A stretch of 64,000 nucleotides of DNA from an uncultured Actinomycetes bacterium (lineage in GTDB: Bacteria; Actinomycetota; Thermoleophilia; Gaiellales; JAICJC01): NCBI GenBank assembly GCA_963805545.1, contig CAWDUU010000009.1:321741-385740 (forward strand). Direction: 5' to 3'. Shown here piece by piece: positions 56,932-64,000 of this stretch. The notes beneath the pieces were generated by a model that was not told the DNA's origin, did no database searches, and saw only the letters and a program-made list of their open reading frames with translations. The position numbers and the translations under genes were made by a program. Numbering within the stretch: position 1 is the first letter of the stretch; every line of letters begins with the position of its first letter.

Positions 56932-58224
56932 CTACTGGTTGTGCGACTCGGCCTTCGACGCCAGCTGACTGAGCGCGTCGCCCACGCTCATATCGCCCTT
57001 CACCGCCGCGTTCAGGAGCCCCTGGGCGTCGGAGCTGAACTGCGAGTACCAGATCGGCGCGCCGGCCGAGAAGAGCGGCGAGACGTGCGGCAGCTCGGCG
57101 TTCAGGACGTCGCCGCCCTGGAGCTGGCCGCTGTCGGCGAGCTGCTTCACCGCCGAGGCGCCGCACGGCAGGCTGCCCTGGGTGTTGTAGATCTTGATGG
57201 CGTTCTCGGGCCGCTCCCACCACTCGATGAACGCGGCGGCCGCCGCCTTGTGCTTGGCGGTCACCGGGATCGAGAGCCCCTCCGGCAGGCCGAACGAGGC
57301 GCCCGGCCCGTCCACGCCGGGCACGAGGCCCAGCGCGGCGTCCCCGGCGATGTTCGACTGGCTCTTGTCGTTGGCGGTCGCCATGTTGCCGGGGCCGGTC
57401 GCCAGCACGATCGCCGTCTCGCCGGCCGTGAACTTGTCGAAGGCGACCGAGTCGTCCATCGACACCGAGCCGGGCGACACCCAGCCGTTCTTGACCGCGT
57501 CGGCCTCCCACTGGAGCGCCTGGTAGCCGGCGGAGCTCGGGTCGGAGAACGTCGGCGCGAGCTGGTCGTCGAAGAGCTGGCCGCCCATCGCCAGCGTGAG
57601 CAGGTACCACGGCGTGACGCCGCCCTCGGTGGCCGCCATCGGCACCGAGAGCGGGTACTGGACGCCCGACGCCTTCAGCTTCGAGACGTCCTGGCCGAGC
57701 TCGTCGAGGGTCTGCGGGAACGAGGTGATCCCCGCCTTCGCGAACATCTTCGTGTTGTACATCGAGACGCGGAAGTCGTTCGAGTAGCAGGCGGCGTACG
57801 TCTTTCCGCCCGAGATGAACGCCGCATCGGTCGACTTCAGGTCGTTCAGCGTCTTCGCATCGACGAGCCCGTCGAGCGGCTCCACCCACTGGGCGCCGGC
57901 GAACTGGCCGGTGAACGACCAGTCGAACTCGGCGACGTCGGCGATGTAGGTCTTGGCCTGGTTCGCCACGAGGAGCTTGTTATGGGTCGCGTCCCAGCCG
58001 GTGCGCACGTAGTTCACCTTGACGCCGGTCTCGGCGGTGAACCCGTCGAGCAGGCTCTTGGGCATCGCGTACGGCACGAGCACGGTGATCGTCTGCCCGC
58101 GGATCGACTCGCTGGTCGCCCCTCCGCCGCTTCCGGCCGACCCGTTGTCGCTTCCGCCGCAGGCCGCCGCGAGGGTCAGCGCGACGGTGGCGAGGGCGAT
58201 GAGGACGCGCCTGGTTCGGAGCAT
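56932..58224 (-). CDS. Carbohydrate ABC transporter substrate-binding lipoprotein
   Basis: 430-aa ORF with the lipobox 'MLRTRRVLIALATVALTLAAAC|GG'. The size and pattern match family-1 extracellular solute-binding proteins. Confidence 0.88.
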   Translation of the reverse strand: MLRTRRVLIALATVALTLAAACGGSDNGSAGSGGGATSESIRGQTITVLVPYAMPKSLLDGFTAETGVKVNYVRTGWDATHNKLLVANQAKTYIADVAEFDWSFTGQFAGAQWVEPLDGLVDAKTLNDLKSTDAAFISGGKTYAACYSNDFRVSMYNTKMFAKAGITSFPQTLDELGQDVSKLKASGVQYPLSVPMAATEGGVTPWYLLTLAMGGQLFDDQLAPTFSDPSSAGYQALQWEADAVKNGWVSPGSVSMDDSVAFDKFTAGETAIVLATGPGNMATANDKSQSNIAGDAALGLVPGVDGPGASFGLPEGLSIPVTAKHKAAAAAFIEWWERPENAIKIYNTQGSLPCGASAVKQLADSGQLQGGDVLNAELPHVSPLFSAGAPIWYSQFSSDAQGLLNAAVKGDMSVGDALSQLASKAESHNQ

Positions 58225-58244
58225 TCCGCGATACTACGGACTGG

Positions 58245-60194
58245 ATGGACGGAACACAACACGCCTTCGCCGGCCATCCGCTCGATCCCCTGGCGGCAGC
58301 CGAGGTCGCCGCGACGGCTGCCGTTGTCCGCGCCGGCGACGCCTTCCGCGAACGAGCCGGCGGCTGCCGGTTCATCACGATCGCGCTGCAAGAGCCTTCC
58401 AAGGAGGCCGTTCTGGCATGGGAGGCCGGCGGTTCGCGGCCGCCCCGCGAGGCGGAGGTCGTCCTGCTCGACCGCAACCGCGCCGAGACCGTGGAGGCGG
58501 TCGTCTCGCTCGAGGCAGGGGCGATCACAGCGTGGACCGTCCGCACAGGCGTCCAGCCGATGGCGGTCGTGAAGGAGCTGATGGAGGCCGAGGAGGTGCT
58601 GCGGCTTCACCCCGAGTTCCAGGCCGCCCTCGCCCGCCGCGGCGTCACCGACCCCGGCCAGATCCAGGTCGACGCCTGGCCGGCCGGCCACTTCGGCCGC
58701 GAGGAGGAGTCCGAGCGCCGCCTGGCCCGGGGCGTGGCGTTCGTGAAGCCGGCGCCGGGCGACAACGAGTGGGCCCACCCGGTCGACGGCGTGATCGCCC
58801 TCGTCGACCTGAATACGCTCGAGGTGCTGCGGGTCGACGACCACGGCGTGGTGCCGGTGCCGCAGGAGAGCGGCAACTTCGACCCCGCCGCGGCCGGCCG
58901 GCTGCGGACCGACATCGCCCCGATCGAGATCACCCAGCCGGACGGGCCGGGCTTCACCGTCGACGGCCGGGTCGTTCGCTGGCAGCGCTGGCAGGTGCAC
59001 GTCGGCTTCACCCCGCGCGAGGGCCTCGTGCTGAACCGGATCGGCTACGAGGACGGCGGCCGCCTGCGGCCGATCATGCACCGCGCGTCGCTCTCGGAGA
59101 TGGTCGTCCCGTACGGGGACCCCAGCCCGACGCACTACTTCAAGAACGCCTTCGACGCGGGCGAGAACGGCGTCGGCGTCTCGGCCTCGCCGCTCACCCG
59201 CGGCTGCGACTGCCTGGGGGAGATCGTCTACCTGGACGCGGTCTGCAACGACGCCGCGGGCGAGCCGGTGGTGATCCGAAACGCGATCTGCATGCACGAG
59301 GAGGACGTCGGCGTCCTCTGGCGGCACATCGAATGGCGGGACGGGAGCGGCGAGGTGCGGCGCTCGCGCCGGCTCGTCATCTCGTCGTTCTCGGCCATCG
59401 GGAACTACGACTACGGCTTCTTCTGGTACCTGTATCAGGACGGCTCGATCGAGTTCGAGGTGAAGCTGACGGGCGTGCTCTCGACCGGCGCGGTCGCGCC
59501 CGGCGTGCGGCCCGAGCACGGCGTGCTGGTCGCGCCGGGCCTGAATGCGATGGTGCACCAGCACTTCTTCAACATGCGCCTCGACCTCGACGTGGACGGG
59601 GTCGAGAACGCGGTCGAGGAGGTGTGGACCGAGTCGCTCCCGCCCGGGCCGGGAAACCCGGTCGGAAACGCCTTCCGGCCGGTGCGGCGCCGGCTCGAGA
59701 CCGAGCTCGGGGCGCGGCGGCGGCTCGACCCGGCCTCGGCCCGCTGGTGGGAGATCGTGAACCCCGGCGTCCGCCACCGGCTGGGCGAGCCGGTCGCCTA
59801 CCGGCTCGTTCCCGGCGAGAACGCCGTGCCGTTCGCCCAGCCCGACGCGCCGGTGAGCAGGCGGGCGGGATTCATGCACCACCACCTGTGGGTCACGCCG
59901 TATGCGCCCGACGAGCGCTACGCGGCGGGCGAGTACCCGAGCCAGCACCCCGGCGGGGCCGGGCTTCCGGAGTGGACGCGCGCCGACCGGCCCGTCGCCG
60001 GACGGGACATCGTGGTCTGGTATACGTTCGGCCACCACCACGTGCCCCGGCCGGAGGACTGGCCGGTGATGCCGGTGGCGACCATCGGCTTCATGCTGAA
60101 GCCGGTGGGGTTCTTCGACCGAAATCCCGCCCTCGACGTGCCGCCGCCTGAGCCGCACGGCGAGAGCTGCCATCAAGGAGGAGCCGACCCATGA
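58245..60194 (+). CDS. Copper amine oxidase (topaquinone-dependent primary-amine oxidase)
   Basis: 649-aa ORF with the TPQ consensus 'IGNYDYGFFWYLYQDGSIEFEVKLTG'. It also has His ligand regions 'HQHFF' and 'YTFGHHHVPRPEDWPVMP' and the N-terminal 'HPLDPL'. Confidence 0.92.
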   Translation: MDGTQHAFAGHPLDPLAAAEVAATAAVVRAGDAFRERAGGCRFITIALQEPSKEAVLAWEAGGSRPPREAEVVLLDRNRAETVEAVVSLEAGAITAWTVRTGVQPMAVVKELMEAEEVLRLHPEFQAALARRGVTDPGQIQVDAWPAGHFGREEESERRLARGVAFVKPAPGDNEWAHPVDGVIALVDLNTLEVLRVDDHGVVPVPQESGNFDPAAAGRLRTDIAPIEITQPDGPGFTVDGRVVRWQRWQVHVGFTPREGLVLNRIGYEDGGRLRPIMHRASLSEMVVPYGDPSPTHYFKNAFDAGENGVGVSASPLTRGCDCLGEIVYLDAVCNDAAGEPVVIRNAICMHEEDVGVLWRHIEWRDGSGEVRRSRRLVISSFSAIGNYDYGFFWYLYQDGSIEFEVKLTGVLSTGAVAPGVRPEHGVLVAPGLNAMVHQHFFNMRLDLDVDGVENAVEEVWTESLPPGPGNPVGNAFRPVRRRLETELGARRRLDPASARWWEIVNPGVRHRLGEPVAYRLVPGENAVPFAQPDAPVSRRAGFMHHHLWVTPYAPDERYAAGEYPSQHPGGAGLPEWTRADRPVAGRDIVVWYTFGHHHVPRPEDWPVMPVATIGFMLKPVGFFDRNPALDVPPPEPHGESCHQGGADP

Positions 60195-60898
60195 GCGGAG
60201 TGGAGGGGCGCGTCGCGCTGGTGACGGGGGCGACGAGCGGGATCGGCGCGGCCACCGCGCGGGCGCTCGCCGCGGGCGGAGCACACGTCGCGCTGGCCTC
60301 GCGGGGCGGCGGCGACCTCGGGATCGAGGGCGCCCATGCGCAGTCCTGCGACGTGCGCGAGCCGGATCAGGTCGAGGCGCTCGTCGCCGCCTGCGCCGAG
60401 CGATTCGGGGGGCTCGACATCCTGGTCGTGAATGCCGGTGTGGGCGCCTACGGCGACTTCCTCGACCTGAAGCCCGAGTGGCTCGACGAGATGGTCGACA
60501 CCAACGTCAAGGGGTTCCTCCACACGATCAGGGCGGGCCTTCCGCACCTGCTCCGCAGTGACTCCGCCGACCTGGTCGCGGTCACGTCGATCGCGGGGCA
60601 GCGGGCGCCGGAGGGAGAGGCCGTGTACGCGGCCACCAAGCACGCCCAGATCGGCTTCATGCGCTCGCTCGACCACGAGCTCCACAAGCGCGGCGTGCGC
60701 TGCTCGATCCTGGCCCCGGGCGGCGTCGAGACCGCCTTCGCGATGGGCCGCGGACGCACGCCCGAGGATCCCGACCTGCCCGGGATGCTGCGCTCCGAGG
60801 AGGTGGCCGACGCGGTGCTCTACGCCGTCACCCGGCCGCGCACCGGGCGGATCTTCGAAGCCTCCATCCTGCCCATGGCCGACGACTCGATGGGATGA
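60191..60898 (+). CDS. Short-chain dehydrogenase/reductase (SDR)
   Basis: The ATG overlaps the upstream TGA. It has 'VALVTGATSGIGAATARAL', 'NAGVG' and the catalytic 'YAATKHA'. Confidence 0.9.
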   Translation: MSGVEGRVALVTGATSGIGAATARALAAGGAHVALASRGGGDLGIEGAHAQSCDVREPDQVEALVAACAERFGGLDILVVNAGVGAYGDFLDLKPEWLDEMVDTNVKGFLHTIRAGLPHLLRSDSADLVAVTSIAGQRAPEGEAVYAATKHAQIGFMRSLDHELHKRGVRCSILAPGGVETAFAMGRGRTPEDPDLPGMLRSEEVADAVLYAVTRPRTGRIFEASILPMADDSMG

Positions 60899-62235
60899 GC
60901 CCCATGACCAAGGTCACCATCATCGGCGGCGGCAGCTCGAGCTTCGTGCCCGTGCTCCTGCGCCGCCTCATCCAGTCGGGCCCGCTCGGCGACGCGACCG
61001 TCACGCTGATGGACATCGACGAGCGCCGGCTGGGCGTCATGCAGGAGCTGGGCGACCGGCTGGTGGCCGGCGAGGAGAGCCCGCTCAAGGTCGAGAGCAC
61101 GCTCGACCAGCGCGAGTCGCTCGAGGGCGCCGACTTCGTCATCGCCGCGATCTCGGTCGGCGGGTTCGATGCCTGGGCGCAGGACCTGGAGATCCCCGGC
61201 CGCCACGGGATCGTCATGCACGTCGCCGACTCCGTCGGGCCGGGCGGCATCATGCGCGCCTTCCGGAACGCGCCGGTGCTGGCCGAGGTGGCCCGGAACG
61301 TCGCCGACGTCGCGCCAGACGCCCACGTCTTCAACTACACGAACCCGGCGCCGACCGAGGCCATGGCGATGCTGGCCGCGGCGCCGTCGGTGAAGACCTA
61401 CGCGCTGTGTTCGTGCACCGGGCACCCGTCGAGCGCGGAGTGGCTGGCCGAGCAGGCCGGCGTGGAGCCCGGCCAGATCGCGATGCCGCCGGTGGTCGCG
61501 GGGATCAACCACTGCGCGTCGGTGACCGAGCTTCGCCTGCGCGACGGCAGCGACGCGATGCCGCGGGTGCGTGCGCACGCCACGAACCCGATCGTGCGCT
61601 GGGCGCTTGAGACCTACGGGGTGCTCCCGTACTGCTGGAGCCACTGGGTCGAGCACTTCCCGCAGATGCAGCGGCTGGAGGGCGAGTACGCCGGCACGGC
61701 CCAGGGCGTCGCCATGCGCTACGGCATCACGACCCACGACATGGCCTACGAGAAGGCCCGGGTCGCCGAGCTCGAGTCGCTGGCGGCGAAGTGGACGGCT
61801 CCCGACGCCGGCCGTGTCACCCTCGCCGACCTTCCGCCGGGCGACGAGGACTGGGGGATCGAGGTGATCGACATCATCGAGGCGATCGTCGAGAACCGGA
61901 ACCGGACGTTCGTCGTGAACGCCCCGAACAACGGCGCGATCCCCAACCTGCCCGACGACGCCGTCGTCGAGGTGAACGCGTCGGTGAACGGCTACGGCAT
62001 CCGCCCGATCGCCGCCGGCCCGCTGCCCGAGCCGCTGGCCGCCCACCTGCGCGGCTTCGTCGACTTCGAGCGCCACGTCGTGAAGGCCGCCCTCTCGGGC
62101 GACCGCGACGCCGCGATGCACGCGTTCCTGCTCGACCCCAACATCCAGTCCCGCCTGGAGCTGGAGCAGATCGGCGAGCTCCTGGACGAGATGCTCCGCG
62201 CCAATGCGGAGTGGCTGCCGCTCTTCGGCGGCTAG
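60895..62235 (+). CDS. Glycoside hydrolase family 4 (NAD+/Mn2+-dependent glycosidase)
   Basis: The ATG overlaps the SDR TGA. It has '[20 protein letters not shown]' (Rossmann), '[10 protein letters not shown]', 'VFNYTNPAP' and 'LCSCTGHP…VAGINHC'. Confidence 0.85.
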   Translation: MSPMTKVTIIGGGSSSFVPVLLRRLIQSGPLGDATVTLMDIDERRLGVMQELGDRLVAGEESPLKVESTLDQRESLEGADFVIAAISVGGFDAWAQDLEIPGRHGIVMHVADSVGPGGIMRAFRNAPVLAEVARNVADVAPDAHVFNYTNPAPTEAMAMLAAAPSVKTYALCSCTGHPSSAEWLAEQAGVEPGQIAMPPVVAGINHCASVTELRLRDGSDAMPRVRAHATNPIVRWALETYGVLPYCWSHWVEHFPQMQRLEGEYAGTAQGVAMRYGITTHDMAYEKARVAELESLAAKWTAPDAGRVTLADLPPGDEDWGIEVIDIIEAIVENRNRTFVVNAPNNGAIPNLPDDAVVEVNASVNGYGIRPIAAGPLPEPLAAHLRGFVDFERHVVKAALSGDRDAAMHAFLLDPNIQSRLELEQIGELLDEMLRANAEWLPLFGG

Positions 62236-63407
62236 ACGGGCCGGCCGAGCGCGAGCGCCCGGGCCACGTCGGTCATCGAGACGATGCCGACGAGCTCTCC
62301 GTCCGAAAGGACGAGGCCGCGGCCGGTGCGGCTCGCCGCGAGCTCGTCGAGCGCCTCGGCCGCCGGCGTCGACGGCGAGAAGCACGGCACCTCGGAGGCG
62401 CGGATGACGTAGTCGCGGACGCGCCGCGACCAGAGGCCGGAGCCGCCGTTCGGAGCGAGCGCGTGCAGCGGCAGGAGGCCGACGACGGCGCCGTGATCGA
62501 GCACCGGGTAGGCGGTGTGGCGGGCCGTGCCCGCGAGCCGGTCGGCCACCTCCGCGAGCGTCTGATCCGGTCCGACGACGATGGGATCCCTCGTCATCAG
62601 CGCCGAGACCGTGACGCCCGCCAGCACGTGATGGGTGTCGACGCGCTGCTCCTCGGCGCGGCCCGCCTCGAGGATGAACCAGCCGACCACGGCGAGCCAG
62701 AGCCCCCCGGTCGCCCCCGCGAGCGCCTCGAGGACGCCGGCGGCCACGATGATCGTTGCGAGCACCGATCCGATCCGCCGAGCCCGGTGCGTCGCCTCCG
62801 GCAGGTCGCCCGAACGCGACCACAGCGCGGCCCGAAGGACGCGGCCGCCGTCGAGCGGCATGGCCGGCAGCATGTTGAAGACGAGCAGGACGAGGTTGAT
62901 GTAGCCGAGCCATGCGAGCTCGGTCGGCACGGCCCCCGAGCCCGGCCAGACGGCCGCGGAGGCCACGAACACGACGCCGAGCGCCAGGCTCACGGCCGGT
63001 CCTGCGAGTGCCATCCGGAGCTCGGCTCCTGCCGACGGGAACTCACCCGCGATCTTGGCCACGCCGCCGAAGAGCCACAGCGTGATCCCCTCGATCTGCA
63101 CGCCCTCGCGGCGGGCCTCGACGGCGTGTCCCAGCTCGTGCAGGATCAGGCAGCCGAAGAAGAGGATCGTGGCCGTCGTGCCCATCGCGGCGTACGTCTG
63201 CCAGTCGCGCCCCGGGAGCGCGTCCGGGAACTGGACGGCCGCGAGCGACCACAGGATCAGCCCGAACACGATGATCCAGCTCCAGTTCAGGCCGATCTCG
63301 ACACCGGCGACCCGTCCGAGCACGATCGTCGACGAGAAGACGGTGCGCGGCCGCTTCGGCGGCCGGCCGGCGGTGACGCCACCGAGGCTGTGCGCGTTCG
63401 AGCCCAT
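62232..63407 (-). CDS. M50-family (site-2 protease-like) zinc metalloprotease with C-terminal CBS pair
   Basis: It has '[16 protein letters not shown]' (HExxH) and '[14 protein letters not shown]' (LDG motif). Two CBS-like repeats follow ('[14 protein letters not shown]…', '[14 protein letters not shown]…[18 protein letters not shown]'). I placed the start at Met 63407. The ORF extends to 63509. Confidence 0.85.
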   Translation of the reverse strand: MGSNAHSLGGVTAGRPPKRPRTVFSSTIVLGRVAGVEIGLNWSWIIVFGLILWSLAAVQFPDALPGRDWQTYAAMGTTATILFFGCLILHELGHAVEARREGVQIEGITLWLFGGVAKIAGEFPSAGAELRMALAGPAVSLALGVVFVASAAVWPGSGAVPTELAWLGYINLVLLVFNMLPAMPLDGGRVLRAALWSRSGDLPEATHRARRIGSVLATIIVAAGVLEALAGATGGLWLAVVGWFILEAGRAEEQRVDTHHVLAGVTVSALMTRDPIVVGPDQTLAEVADRLAGTARHTAYPVLDHGAVVGLLPLHALAPNGGSGLWSRRVRDYVIRASEVPCFSPSTPAAEALDELAASRTGRGLVLSDGELVGIVSMTDVARALALGRPV

Positions 63408-63477
63408 GGCCAGGCCAGGAGCATCGCAGCGATCCGCCGTCCGCGCGTCCGGGAATTCCCGGCTCTTCTCCAGGAAC

Positions 63478-63506
63478 TTGACTAGACAGAATCTATCTAG
63501 TAATGT
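63478..63506 (+). promoter_or_regulatory. Sigma-70-like promoter (TTGACT-17 bp-TAATGT) with an embedded 19-bp imperfect palindrome, probable PadR operator
   Basis: The -35 TTGACT is at 63478-63483 and the -10 TAATGT at 63501-63506. The palindrome CTAGACAGA-A-TCTATCTAG at 63482-63500 matches 8 of 9 arm positions. The PadR ATG lies only about 9 nt after the -10. This is the most AT-rich spot in the window. Confidence 0.5.
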
Positions 63507-63514
63507 CATGACTA

Positions 63515-64000
63515 ATGACGAAGAGATCCCCTCAGCCCTCCTCGCTCGGCCTGATCGTCCTCTGGCTGCTCGTCGCCCGGCCCATGCACGTCTACGGCAT
63601 GCAGAAGCTGATCGAGACGTTCGGCAAGGACAAGGTCGTGAACGTCCGCTCGCGCGCGAGCCTCTACCAGGCGCTCGAGCGGCTGGTTCGAAACGGCCTG
63701 GTCGAGATCCACGAGACCGTGCGCTCGGAGGGCTATCCGGACCGGGTCGTCTACACGATCACCGATGCCGGCCGCACCGCCGCGTCGCAGTGGCTGCGCG
63801 ACATGCTCCGCACCACCGGCACCGAGTACCCCGAGTTCATCGCCGCCGTCTCCGTGCTCTTCGGGCTCGCGCCCGACGACGCGCGCGCGCAGCTCCAGGA
63901 GCGGGCCGACCGGCTCGCCGGGGAGCTCGCCGAGACCGAGGCGGTCTTCACCGAGAACCCGCACGTGCCGCGGCTCTTCCTGCTCGAGGAGGAGTACCGG
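63515..64000 (+). CDS. PadR-family transcriptional regulator (3' end beyond the window)
   Basis: I translated it by hand because it is absent from the ORF track (it has no stop in the window). It reads '[87 protein letters not shown]…', a PadR winged-helix pattern. Confidence 0.8.
   Translation, partial: MTKRSPQPSSLGLIVLWLLVARPMHVYGMQKLIETFGKDKVVNVRSRASLYQALERLVRNGLVEIHETVRSEGYPDRVVYTITDAGRTAASQWLRDMLRTTGTEYPEFIAAVSVLFGLAPDDARAQLQERADRLAGELAETEAVFTENPHVPRLFLLEEEYR

Overview
This is a very GC-rich bacterial chromosomal segment with actinobacterial-style organisation: many GTG/TTG starts, many 4-bp ATGA/GTGA start/stop overlaps, and long spurious ORFs in every frame. I support about 60 protein genes, one tRNA-Leu(GAG) and one badly decayed IS630-family transposase remnant. 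I saw no rRNA and no CRISPR array.

Gene content is mostly transport and accessory metabolism:
- Transport: PotD-type, MacB/FtsX-type, twin ABC-2 and sugar ABC systems, Kup, an APC permease and an MFS transporter.
- Signalling: a GAF-PAS-GGDEF-EAL protein, a NarL-type two-component pair, a Ser/Thr kinase and a PadR regulator.
- Enzymes: HtrA, CocE/NonD hydrolase, 2-hydroxyacid dehydrogenase, aldo/keto reductase, a NirK-like Cu protein, Rieske oxygenase, acyl-CoA ligase, an enolase-superfamily enzyme, a class-III aminotransferase, an M24 peptidase, HpcH aldolase, GH38, GH4, copper amine oxidase and an SDR.
- Housekeeping: selD, secG and the tRNA-Leu.

The most unusual locus is a tight three-gene operon at 40.6-43.8 kb. 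It has two paralogous small secreted proteins that look TasA/camelysin-like. They flank a ~750-aa protein made of five tandem Ig-like modules, each carrying a CxxxC motif. No SipW-type peptidase is visible in the window.

The second main observation is window-wide. At least 12 frame breaks interrupt otherwise well-conserved genes, and every one fits a single extra base (downstream frame = upstream frame +1). Nine of them lie between 43.2 and 51.7 kb. This means either an insertion-biased, unpolished assembly or genuine gene decay.

A slightly AT-richer patch at 52.9-54.1 kb holds a KAP P-loop NTPase fragment cut off by the IS630 remnant.

All functional calls come from reading motifs and domain order by eye. 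No database search or computation was run, and start codons are often uncertain.
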